This document shows, one piece after another, positions 41,103-53,620 of a stretch of DNA of 64,000 nt. The notes beneath the pieces were generated by a model. It ran no database searches. It saw nothing but the letters and a program-made list of their open reading frames with translations, and was not told where the DNA came from. Made by a program: the position numbers and the translations under genes. The stretch's first letter is position 1. Each line of letters opens with the position of its first letter. Source of the stretch: Octopus sinensis (lineage: Eukaryota). The DNA is taken from the NCBI RefSeq assembly GCF_006345805.1, contig NC_043009.1:7626001-7690000 (forward strand), given 5' to 3'.

Positions 41103-41575
41103 ATGGAATTGTCAAAGTGCTATTCAACTTCAAAAATAGACGTAAAACAGCTGAAACTGCTAGCGATATCAACGAAACGTTTGGTGAGGAAATGACCAGT
41201 GAGTGGTCAGCTTGAAAACGGTTTAAACGATTTCGCAGGATATTGAGCCTTGAAGATTGTGAGCGTAGTGGACGCCCATCTCTCATTGATGATGGTCAGT
41301 TAAAGACCGTCGTTGAGAAAGATCCACGTAAAAGCACTCGATAACTGGCAAAAGAACTTCAAGTTGGCCAGAAAACTGCCTGGAACCATATGCATGCGAT
41401 CGAAAAATCAAAACGTGTAGACAAATGGATACCACACAATTTGAATGGAAATCAGAAAATGCACAGATATGAATTTTTCTCGTCGCTTCTCCATAACCAG
41501 ACCGATCCATTTCTCGACCGTATTGTAAGTTGCGATGAAAAGTGGATTCTGTACAATAATAAAAAGCGGCAAAAG
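41103..41575 (+). mobile_element. Mariner (cecropia/Hsmar1-like) transposase N-terminal remnant
   Basis: One frame from 41123: FNFKNRRKTAETASDINETFGE...LEDCERSGRP...DPRKSTR*LAKEL...KWIPHNL...PFLDRIVSCDEKWILYNN, with two stops; truncated after the first catalytic D; no clear TIRs. Confidence 0.85.
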
Positions 41576-41956
41576 CATGGACTTTGTCTCCTTAGCCTCT
41601 TAGAGGATTTAAGTAAAACCATACAAATGTGTCCGACTGCTTAAAAAATTCTATTTATTCATTTATGCAGCTGAGGATAGCCCTGCATTTAAATTGATGC
41701 AATGAGTGCATTATTAAATTAAATGGAGTCGCTTGAAACGATCGTACTGCATCACCTCTGGATATCCTGTTGCTTATTTTGATTTTATTCCCTTTATTTT
41801 GAAGTTCTACGAATAATACCGCACTAATTTTCGGTGCTTCAACTTAAGTACCACATTCGTCTGGATCGCAATTATTTTGCAATACATATATACATACTAC
41901 ATACATACATACGTACATACATACATACACACATATATATATATATATATATATGA

Positions 41957-42009
<53 letters not shown>

Positions 42010-42355
42010 TGTGAGAGTAAAAGAGAGAGTGTGAATGTCAGAGAGAGAATATTTTTCTATGCATAAGTGTGTACGTGTATGTGTACATCTAAAAGTATGC
42101 AAGCGTGCATATGCATATATTTATGCATACACACGCACAAACACAATCACACACACATAAACACACACACACATAACACAACACAAAAAAAAACATTACA
42201 TTTCTAATTACCAGTGTCTGCACAAGGTCGGTACTAGGCTTTTACTAAGAAGCAAAACGAAGTTGCAAGAAGCAGGCACTGCGTTGTTTATTTCCATACA
42301 TACATAAACATTACACTTACATACACACATATATACATACATATAAACATATATA

Positions 42356-42421
<66 letters not shown>

Positions 42422-42445
42422 TTGTATATATATATATATATATAG

Positions 42446-42482
<37 letters not shown>

Positions 42483-43125
42483 ATTATATATATATATATA
42501 TTATAATATATATATATATGTACGTATATATATAGATTATGTCCTCGTTGACAAAAATACTGTCAAAGTTAATAAAAGTTTTCGTCTGTATATATAATAA
42601 TTTTCACACGTTTCTTCTTATCTTTGTTAATTATTCGCTTCTTCTTTTGATTGCTTTTTGTTATTTCACTAACAGTTTTCTCCCGCTTAACCTTTTCAGT
42701 TAGATGAGCTTTCTACTTACTAACGAACAAATAAATATATATAAAAAAAAAGAAAAATAAAGTTAAAATTAATTTTGCTTTTGGCATTTGTGTGTGCGTG
42801 TGTGTCTGTATGTGTGTGTGTGTGTGTGTATGTGTTATTTTATTAGTTTTGTACCGCCTCGCTTTTGGCTTTTTTTTTCTCTCTCTTTTGGTCTAATGTT
42901 CTGTTTTATAAATTTTTATATTTTATTTAATTTTTTTAGTTATTTATTTATTTTATCGAATTAATTCTAATTTCATTCAAAAATAATTCACAAAAATAAA
43001 AAAAAATAGAAAAAAAAATTATTTCGACAAAGAGACTTAGTTTTCTGTTCAATACACTACGTTTGACATTTAAAGTATCACCTTTTTTATTTGTTGTTGT
43101 TGTTGTTATTATTATTATTACTATC

Positions 43126-43157
<32 letters not shown>

Positions 43158-43317
43158 CATCATCATCATCATCATCATTATTATTATCATCATTTTATAA
43201 ACATCTGTATATACATATATACGTACACACACACACTCACACAAGCGCCACACACATTATATATATATATATATATATATATATGCGTGTGTGTATGTAT
43301 ATGTATAAGTATGTATG

Positions 43318-43348
<31 letters not shown>

Positions 43349-43389
43349 TATATTATATATATATATATATATGTATATGTATAAGTATG

Positions 43390-43420
<31 letters not shown>

Positions 43421-43489
43421 ATGTATAAGTATGTATATATATATATATATGTATACATATAAACTTACAAATATATGTATGTATATGTA

Positions 43490-43940
43490 ATAAAAAATGC
43501 ATAAATACACTTATATATATATATGTATGTATGTATGTATATTTATACATTTATATATATTTTTTATACTACGCTTACATACACACATACACACAGATAC
43601 ATACATCCACACATACATACATACATACATACATACACACATACATACATACATACATACATTCATACATACATACATACATACATACACACATACATTC
43701 ATCCATACATACAAACATACATACACACATACACACATACATACACACACATACATACATACATACATACATACATACATACATACATACAAACATACAT
43801 ACACACATACACACATACTTACATACATACATACATACATTCATACATACATACATACATACATACACACATACATTCATCCATACATACAAACATACAT
43901 ACACACATACACACATACATACACACATACATACACATAT
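43490..43940. repeat. (ACAT/AC)n array with higher-order duplication
   Basis: The unit acacatacattcatccatacatacaaacatac recurs at ~43688 and ~43864. Confidence 0.9.
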
Positions 43941-44487
43941 AGGTATTTATTTTTATTTTTATTGCCATTCTTGTTACACTTCCAATTCGATCACTTGTCA
44001 CGTTTCTTTCCGTATGACCTGTTAATTGTGGTGTAACATATTACTTTGTTGCATATATAAATAGCGCTTAGCCGACCACCATCACCTGATGTTGCAGCCG
44101 TGGTGGTGGTGGGAGTTGTGGTGGTGGTGGGGTGGTGGTGGTGGTGCTGGTGGTGGTGGTATTTTATCCTCAGGTCAACTCGAATCAGACAGACCAATGA
44201 ACGAAGACATTCCAACCGTGGCAATCATATCACTTGTTTTTCTGGGGGGTGGGGATGTTGTTGTTTTCTTTTCTTAGAAATAACTAAAAGTACTTTTTTT
44301 TTTTTTACTTCATTTGACTTCTGGGGGTTCTAAAAATGAATCAATAAATAGGCAGCAGGATGGGATTTGAGGCACTTTTAACTACTATTTCTGAAAGGTC
44401 GCGACACCTCGTACAGCATTCGTCATTAATTGTTGCTACTAGTAGCAGTAGCAGTAGCAGTAGCAGCAGCAGCAGCAGCAGCAGCCC

Positions 44488-44525
<38 letters not shown>

Positions 44526-44813
44526 CAGCAGCAGCAGCAACAGTAGTAGTGTGGTGGTGGTGGTGGTGGTGGTGGTGGTTTTGGTGGTGGTGGTGGTGGT
44601 GGTGGTGGTGGTAGTAGTAGTAATTGTAGTAGTAACAGCGGTTGTCAATACAGCTGCTGTGGTGTTGCACTGCTGGTGATGGAGCTAATGTGTTGACCAC
44701 ATACGTCCTTTTAAGATCCAAGACATTTTCCAAGTTCTCTCCAAGATCTCCTACGTTGACTACATTTCTTCATCTTATGCAAATAATCGCTCTGGCTAGA
44801 TATAATGTAAAAC

Positions 44814-45020
44814 TACGTTGAAAGATCCTGGCTATTGGTAAAACAAAGTGCATGAGGATCAGTTAATAATGATTTTATTCAACATATTTCCCTCTCAGAA
44901 TCACACAAATTGCAGCGGTCCTTCAGTTTTTCTAAGCCCTGCAGAAGAAATGGGAACAGTGGGCTTCCAACTAGGCCTTTCATGATACCCTTAAAGCCAG
45001 GAACTTTTCAGCACACCCCC
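44814..45020 (-). mobile_element. Mariner-derived MITE (~210 bp)
   Basis: TIR-like ends gttgaaagatcctggct and agccaggaacttttcagcac; the minus strand retains the transposase C-terminus QGLEKLKDRC..CV.LRGKYVE* with a 2-bp deletion. Confidence 0.7.
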
Positions 45021-45471
45021 TAGGCACGTGAATACAAATCGTAGCCAGATGTAATATAAAACTTAGTGAATCTTTTGACAAACAACAGCTGTACTTTTAT
45101 TCAGCTGAATATACGTCATTGATTGGTTGAAATTACCGAAATACGACAACTTTAACACGAAATAACTTCGAAAATAGAAACTCAACAATGCTAAGAGTAA
45201 GAGATATTCTCTATGGCACATTCTACCTGTATCCGAAGTTTCAAAGTGCTTAGTTAAAGAAAATTAATTAAGATCCAATTTAGTATGTAAATATAGACTG
45301 TTGGTAGATATAATCTGAAATTTGGTATAGAAGTATACACTGTAGCGAGATATAGTGTGAAACTAGTTATATGAATAAATACTGTAATTCGATATAATAT
45401 GAAACTTGGTATGTAAATGTACACTGTAACAAATGATTTCCACAGTGTTATACAGTAATGCTAACTATCTT

Positions 45472-45715
45472 GGCAAAATCCCAAATTTTATTTAATTTGC
45501 TTTGCGGGAGCAACTGTTTTATCGAAAGCGTATATTGTTCTTAAATGCTCGAAATACTAGACTAGAGAAACAGCCAACAACTGATGAAGGGTCGTTCTTT
45601 ATGTTTGTCTTGTTTTCCATTTGTGTCTTTTGTTGTTCGAATGAATAGTTCTTGTTCCAGGTACTCGTGCTTCGTACTTTTTTGTTGTACACGTTTCATG
45701 ACGTCCTGTGCCCAG
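45472..45715 (+). repeat. Unclassified interspersed repeat family F
   Basis: Aligns with 58640-58885(+), 40690-40985(-) and more weakly 4705-4890(+); core gggagcaac...tgctcgaaat...acaactgatgaagggtc; the plus-strand copies abut (TA)n. Confidence 0.78.
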
Positions 45716-45749
45716 GTACGCATATGTGTATACGTATAGATGCAAGTAT

Positions 45750-45955
<206 letters not shown>

Positions 45956-46100
45956 TATATATTAACAACAACAACAACAACAACAATAATAATAATCAGT
46001 ATGAAGCGTAGCCGCCATGAATTTGCAGCAGGAAAGAATGTCTTGACCTGAAGACACCCAAGACCTGTTCCGAATGTGTGCTATATAATAGACTCAGTTT

Positions 46101-46310
46101 AGGCGGCGAGCTGGCGGAATCGTTAGCACGCCGAACAAAACGCTTAGCGACATTTCGTCTGTCTTTACGTTCTGAGTTCAAATTTTGCCGAGGTCGACTT
46201 TGTCTTTCATCCTTTCGGAGTCGATGAAACAAGTAGCAGTTGAGCACTGAGGTCAATGTAATCGACTCATCCCTCTCCGAAATCGCTGGCCTTGTGCCAA
46301 AATATGAACT
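46101..46310 (+). mobile_element. SINE family B
   Basis: Full alignment to the 32869 head and body, with the alternative tail ctggccttgtgccaaaat. Other plus-strand copies at ~7580-7672, 20690-20882, 24039-24192, 50121-50318, 55870-56058 and 61805-61924. Confidence 0.85.
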
Positions 46311-46616
46311 CAAACAATATATCACATTCCGTTAACGGCATCCAGCTGTCAAGTGGCTGGGTTAAACTAGGAAACAGATTGAGTCTCCCACACTAAGAAA
46401 TAACAAAACAAAACAAATATACAAACATCCGTCTACCCAGTTTGATTCACGATACTCGGGTCGATACGAATCTGTGAGAGGAGACACTTGCACAAGGCGT
46501 CAGAGAGCGCGAGTGGGACTCATAACGAGGCGATCGTAATGGAAACGGCTTTTCTTTTGTTATTACAGCAAACGGATATATTTGTATATATATACTCTAT
46601 ATATATTTGTATATAT

Positions 46617-47034
46617 AGGCGCAGGAGTGGCTGTGTGGTAAGTAGCTTGTTTACCAACCACATGGTTCCGGGTTCAGTCCCACTGCGTGGCACCTTGGGT
46701 AAGTGTCTTCTACTATAGCCTCGGGCAGACCAAAGCCTTGTGAGTGGATTTGGTAGACGGAAACTGAAAGAAGCCCGTCGTATATATGTATATATATATA
46801 TGTGTGTGTGTGTGCGTGTATGTTTGTGTATCTGTGTTTGTCCCCCCAACATCGCTTGACAACCGATGCTGGTGTGTTTATGTCCCCGTAACTTAGCAGT
46901 TCGGCAACAGAGACCGATAGAATAAGTACTGGGCTTACAAAGAATAAGTCCCGAGGCCGATTTGCTCGACTAAAGGCGGTGCTCCAGCATGGCCGCAGTC
47001 AAATGACTGAAACAAGTAAAAGAGAGTAAAGAGT
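46617..47034 (+). mobile_element. SINE family A, full length (tRNA-like head, CORE-like segment, internal (TA)n(TG)n, second module, LINE-like tail)
   Basis: A box tggctgtgtgg, B box ggttcagtccc, accttgggtaagtgtcttc, microsatellite hinge, tail ggcggtgctccagcatggccgcagtcaaatgactgaaac(aaaagag)n; many copies in the window. Confidence 0.9.
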
Positions 47035-47450
47035 ATATATACTCTATAATACGTAAATCTGGTTACATGACTGGATACCGAATAAGAATGAACGTTAATG
47101 TCTCATTAATTCTCATCTTGCTGTGTTCCTTGTAATATATTCCGTTGCAAGCTTTTGCGAGACACTTAAACACGTTTTGATTTGACTAGTGGGGATAATA
47201 CATAATATCTTGTTATATTAGATGTAATAATAGCAGTTTAGTAATCAAAATACTTTTTCACTGCTCTGAATGGTAAAACCAAATCATTTAATTTATGTGA
47301 TAATAAATAAAGGTTTAGGTTTCCTTAATACATAGGAAGATTATGTCCAAAATACCGATATCACAGTATTGACATCACATTTCTAGCGCATGCTATAAGC
47401 ATACGTACGTCAACACGTTGAATCAATATATACATACATACATTCATATG

Positions 47451-47496
<46 letters not shown>

Positions 47497-47912
47497 CACA
47501 TGGTGGCTGCCCCCTCGTTATCGAGTGTGGCCATTGCACGAAGCTTAAACTTAATCAATGTTGTTATCGTGCAATGTCTGTGCAAGAAGATTTTTTTAAA
47601 GTGAGGAAAGGCTGTGCACTGAATCAATCCCACTCACTAAGCAACAACAGCCATAATCCGAAAAGAAGAACAAGTCAACATCATCGGTAACCACTAAGCC
47701 GCAGGTTTTATGTCGGAGTTATCCCAATTACCAGAGTTACCTTCTCCTAGAAGGATGCCCTAATAAAGGCTAAGAGTCCTTCGCTCCCAATGGTTTAACC
47801 GCGCGATCGGGTATTCAGTCCGATTATTTCTATGTTCCCGCGCATGATACAGCCTTAAGACATTTATTGGATGGCCGTTGACTCTCAAGAGTTCCTCCGC
47901 CCTTTGACGGTG

Positions 47913-48034
47913 TTCAGGTAACTGCCTGGAATCGAACACGGAAACTTGGGATTAATAGCCCGCACTCTTAACCACTATGCAATATGCCCGTGGGCATATG
48001 CTGAGTTCGATTCCAGGCAGTGACCTGAATAAAG

Positions 48035-48108
<74 letters not shown>

Positions 48109-48293
48109 TACAACAACAACAACAACACATCGAAAAATACCTAAGGAATGAAAACTCAGGTTCGAAATTTCCTCAAGACACTTGAAGGCTGGAGGGAATA
48201 TCAGCCGAAACGTTGTGTTAACGACAAACAAGATGAAGATAAATGTAAATAATGTAAATAATGTACATAATTCCTCATCTCTTAAATATAGAA
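47913..48293. mobile_element. Head-to-head tRNA-derived heads followed by (TAA)n and a Penelope-like tail with a degenerate hammerhead fold
   Basis: Inverted 25-mers at 47913-47937 and 48005-48029 (24/25); central palindrome atatgccc-gt-gggcatat; hammerhead-like fold at 48177-48219. Confidence 0.65.
48177..48219 (+). ncRNA. Degenerate minimal type-I hammerhead ribozyme motif
   Basis: Stem I GACAC/GUGUU, stem II GGCUGG/UCAGCC, GAAA, palindromic ACGU stem III, GUU triplet; the core is UUGAA instead of CUGAUGAA (3 nt lost). Confidence 0.55.
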
Positions 48294-48463
48294 ATGTAAA
48301 ACTCTTTAATTCTAACAGAACTTGGCTAGAAAGATATATCTAACTTTTAATTATTCGAAAACAATGAAGCACCCAGACTCAAATTCGAACTTTCGAACTT
48401 TTGGTTGGTAGACCAGCATAAGGGAGATGTTAGTAAGTTTAGAAAGAGATAAATAGTAAATAT

Positions 48464-48883
48464 ACTCTTTACTCTTTTACTTGTTTCAGTCAATTGACTG
48501 CGACCATGCTGGAGCACCGCCTTTAGTCGAGCAACTCGACCCCGGGACTTATTCTTTGTAAGCCCAGTACTTATTCTATCGGTCCCTTTTGCCGAACCGC
48601 TAAGTTACGGGGACGTAAACACACCAGCATCGGTTGTCAAGCAATGCTAGGGGGACAAACACAGACACACAAACATACACGCACAAACACACATATATAT
48701 ATATACATATACATATATACGACGGGCTTCTTTCACTTTCCGTCTACCAAATCCACTCACAAGGCTTTGGTCTGCCCGAGGCTATAGTAGAAGACCCTTG
48801 CCCAAGATGCCACGCAGTGGGACTGAACCCGGAACCATGTGGTTGGTAAGCAAGCTACTTACCACACAGCCACTCCTATGCCT
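48464..48883 (-). mobile_element. SINE family A, full length
   Basis: Reverse complement aligns end to end with 46617-47034. Confidence 0.9.
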
Positions 48884-49850
48884 ATATATAGGTATATTCT
48901 AACAGAAGCACGAGGGCAATGTCTTGTGAAGTGTACATGTTAAATTATATCGGCTAGAGTACTTAACTGCTCTTTTATTTCATAACGAAAGTGAAAGTCG
49001 ATGCTAGCGGGATTTGAACTAAATAATGCAAGCTTATATTTTTCGCCACTCTACCGATTTTATCGCTCCATCGCGGTCATGTACTGATATGTATTAGTGA
49101 AGCAACATCTAAATATTAAATGGTCAGTCCTTTCCTGAAGGTAATTTAATAAGTATGGTGACCTGGGAATGCACATTAATTTTTCTGATGTCTACATCCA
49201 TTAGTGATATAGTTTAAGAGTGTGATACGGGCGTGTTGTTACGCTTCAGTGTGCGTTGTGTGTGTATATATATACGTGTGTGTATGTGTAAATAAATACA
49301 TATATAAATGAGTGTGTGTGCATGAGTTATGAATGTAGGTATGTGTATATGAGGTCATTAGTTCAACCCTTGGTCAGCACGCAGGACAATTAGGCGAGAA
49401 GCAAAACTGTCGTGGGATATGGCAACATGAGGCATGAAATTAAGTATCTTCGGTCGTATTTTTCATTCAGATATGTTTTATATATTCTTCATTTTGTATA
49501 TCATATATTTTCGTTTAATCTGCTATACGAATTTTGTTTATGTATTATAAAATATATAATTTTGCATACTATTAACGCCCTCAGATAAAGTTGTTCCGCT
49601 TTAGGTCTCGAAACAATAAATATACCCGTGTAGCAGCTGAGGATAGGCTGTTCTCTATTTATGTAATACATGTAAAGTTTCGGTTTCTGTTGCCTGTTGC
49701 CTGTCACCGTTCTCCTATGTTTTTTCGTATGAAGTTGGCATATCTGATCCTAACTACAGTGATTTTACTGATTTTGAACTAGAGAAAAAGTTGAAGATTT
49801 ATAAAGAAATTGCTGTTTTGGTGCATATAGTTTTCTAAAAGGCTTTTAGA

Positions 49851-50033
49851 CAGACAAACAGATTCAGTTGATTATATCGACCCCAGTGTGTAACTGGTAC
49901 TTATTTAATTGACCCCGAAAGGATGAAAGGCAAAGTCGACCTCGGCGAAATTTGAACTCAGAACGTAGTGGCAGACGAAATAGCGCTAAGCATTTCTCCC
50001 GGCGTGCTAACGTTTCTGCCAGCTCACCGCCTT
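49851..50033 (-). mobile_element. SINE family B, head-to-head with the copy at 50121-50318
   Basis: Reverse complement of the family-B head and body. Confidence 0.87.
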
Positions 50034-51213
50034 CGTGCAGGGTATATATGATATGATACGATACGATATAATATAGTATAATATAATATAATATAATATA
50101 ATATAATATAATATAATAAAAAGACGGCGAGCAAGCAGAATCTTTTGTACGGTAGTATTTCGTTCGTATTTACATTCTGAGTTCAAATTCCATTGAAGTC
50201 CACTTTGATTTTCATCTCTTGGGTCGATAAAATAAGTACCAGTTGAACAATGGAATTGATTACATCGACTTTCTACGCTTCCAAAATTGCAGGCATTGTG
50301 CCAAACTTTGAATTCGATATAATAAAATATAATAATACCATACCTATGTGCATAAATAAAGTACGAAAGTGTTCATCCATATTTGTTGATTGGCTAAATT
50401 ACTATTTGGCGTAAAGTGTTGCACTTGAATTATCATTTACAGAAACACACAGTCATACGCACGCACGCGCAAAACTACCGGGTAGTTTCCGTCTTCCAAA
50501 TTCCACTCACAGAGTAGTCCTCAACTTCTCCGGAGGCAATTGGCAAATGCGCGTGTATATGATGCTGTCCAGAGGGAAAGAAGCTTCACCACGTAATTGC
50601 GATGCGGATTGCAAAGAGACGTTACTTAACCAGACGGCTACTCCTACGCCTATGCTAAATGTGTGTGTTAGCTGTTCATTTGTGACAAAAATAACTCCAA
50701 GCCTGAAGGGAGAAATCAGAGCCTCAAATGTGTGATGTTTATATAAATAATGTAAAATTATAGTCGATTCCTACAAGGATGTAATCCTATACATACACAC
50801 ACACGCATACTCTCTCTCTCTCCCTCTCTCTTTCTCTCTCCCCCTCTCTCTCTCCCTCTCTCTCTCTCTCTCATTCACACACATACACAACAGAACAAGG
50901 ACAAACGCATATATATATATATATATATAATTATAAGAAACGCGCAGAAAAACAGTTTGTCTGCGTTTAACTGCTTCACAACCGGTGTTCGTTTCCTTAC
51001 GTTCACATAACTTAACGATTCCACAAAAGCCTCCACTATAACAAGTCCCAGACTTAACAGACAAATAAGCGGTTGGAAGGATCAATTCGACTAAATCTTT
51101 CGAAACGGTGCCGCAGCATGATCGCAGCAGAATGGCTGAAACAAGTAAAAGATAAAAACAAACATATATATATATATATACATATAGACATAAATAGACA
51201 TATATATATATAT

Positions 51214-51267
<54 letters not shown>

Positions 51268-51332
51268 TATATATATATACATATTTATGTATGTATATAT
51301 ATACATATATATATGTATGAGTATATATATAT

Positions 51333-51793
51333 ATATTGTTATATTTCGGAATGGTCATTTTGCCAGTTTAGCTAATAAAAACACACGCACTATATATTTA
51401 GTGTTATTTATTTTTTACATTAATCTTAATCTTATTTCAGCCAGAGTTCTTTCGTCACACTCCTGTGACCGCATCAGTGGTCCTATGGTTTCTTCTTTCT
51501 TATTTGCGTCTCTCCTTACTAACCGTCAGCCATTTTGTGTCTCTCCTTACTAACCGTCAGCCATTTTGTATACAAAATGGCTGACGGTTAGTAAGGAGAG
51601 ACACAAATAAGAAAGAAGAAAACAAAGGACTACTGATGTGGTCACAGGAGTGTGACGAAAGAACTCTGACCGAAATAAGATTAAGATTAATGTAAAAAAT
51701 AAATAACACTGAAGCAAAATAACACCAAATATATAGTGCGTGTGTTTTTATTGGCTAAACTGGCAAAATGACCATTCCGAAATATAACAATAT
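51333..51793. repeat. 461-bp zero-spacer palindrome
   Basis: Centre ttttgta|tacaaaa (51570/51571); the arms differ by a 31-bp tandem duplication and a 16-bp deletion in the left arm plus a few substitutions. Confidence 0.95.
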
Positions 51794-51846
51794 CTGTTTC
51801 AACACACGACTTCACATAAAAAATCTTGCACAACAAATATTTAAAC

Positions 51847-51948
<102 letters not shown>

Positions 51949-52408
51949 ATATATACATACAGATATATATATGTATGTATATATATATATATATGTAACG
52001 GATATGTGCGTCTGTGTGTGTACATGCGTGTGATAGTTTGTGTGTGTGTGTGCGAGTAAGAATGTGTGTGTGTTTTTGTGTATTTATATCATATAAGCTC
52101 ATGGACGAACTGAAGTGTTGTTAAAGGTATTCGAACCCTTGGCCCTTCGGTTTGTAGCTGGCTATGATATCTGCGTTACTAAATAAGAGATGCCTACGAA
52201 TTGAACAAAAGAAAGTCACTATAGTGAAAACAATTTGAAACAATAACGACTTTTCGAATGATTCTCTGCCAATTACTTTCATTTTACGAAACCACAATTA
52301 ACACTTCCTGTGACAAATTAGAGGTTATGGCGGACATTAATCTTAATCCTAATTTCGGAAGTTTGAAGAGCAAGAACCAAACATAGAAGAGACAGGCAGA
52401 CAGTTAGT

Positions 52409-52472
<64 letters not shown>

Positions 52473-52473
52473 A

Positions 52474-52506
<33 letters not shown>

Positions 52507-52537
52507 TTGATAGATAGATAGATAGATAGATAGATAG

Positions 52538-52579
<42 letters not shown>

Positions 52580-52620
52580 GTAGGTAGGTAGGTAGGTAGG
52601 TAGGTAGGTAGGTAGGTAGG

Positions 52621-52684
<64 letters not shown>

Positions 52685-52833
52685 ACGAAAAATAAACGGG
52701 AAAAAAGCGGCCATTAAATCAAATGCTTAAATCTCCCTTTTCTTTATCAGCCTCATCGTCTTGCTCTCATACAATGATAGGCACATAAACATACACATGC
52801 AAACATATGCATATACATGTGTGTGTTTCTGCA

Positions 52834-52876
<43 letters not shown>

Positions 52877-53620
52877 GCATATATGTGTGTCTATGTCTAT
52901 GTGTGTATTTGTATGTATGTAAGTATGAATGTGTATGTATGTATGTATGTATGTATATATGTATATATTATATATATATATATGTGTTTGTGTGTATATA
53001 TATATTATATATATATATGGCGTGTATATATATGTGTGTGCTTGTGTTTGTAAGCATGTGTGTGTAAGCAGGTATGTATGTATGAATGCATATATGATTG
53101 TTTCTAATTACGTACGTATGTATGTATGTATGTATGTAGGTAGGTAGGTAGGTAGGTAGGTAGGTAGGAGAAGGAATGGAGGGAGGAACGGAGGGAGGAA
53201 AGGAGGAAAGGAGAGAGAAAAGGAGGGAGGGAGGGAGGGAGGTAGAGTGTTCGTTGAGATTTAACCTCTTCACAAATTTCAAGCCAGTTACAAATACAAT
53301 TTTATGAATCAATGGAGTTCCTACAAATTGCGATTGAGTGTTAATGCCCCCATATATATACATACACATACATACATACATATACACACATAGACATACT
53401 AACATACACACATAAACGCACATACATATATACACACATATATATATACACATACATACACACATACACACATGCATACACACACATACATACACATACA
53501 TACACTCACACATATATACTCACATACGCATATACATACACAGACATATATACATACACAGACGCATACATACATACACAGCCACATACATACATACATA
53601 CATACATACATACATACATA

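Noticed and set aside
45545-45600. Type-II hammerhead in repeat family F (gctcgaaa...ctgatgaaggg; also ~4708-4762 and ~58732-58780)
   Set aside because: GAAA and CUGAUGA are present, but I could not form stems I and III consistently in any copy.
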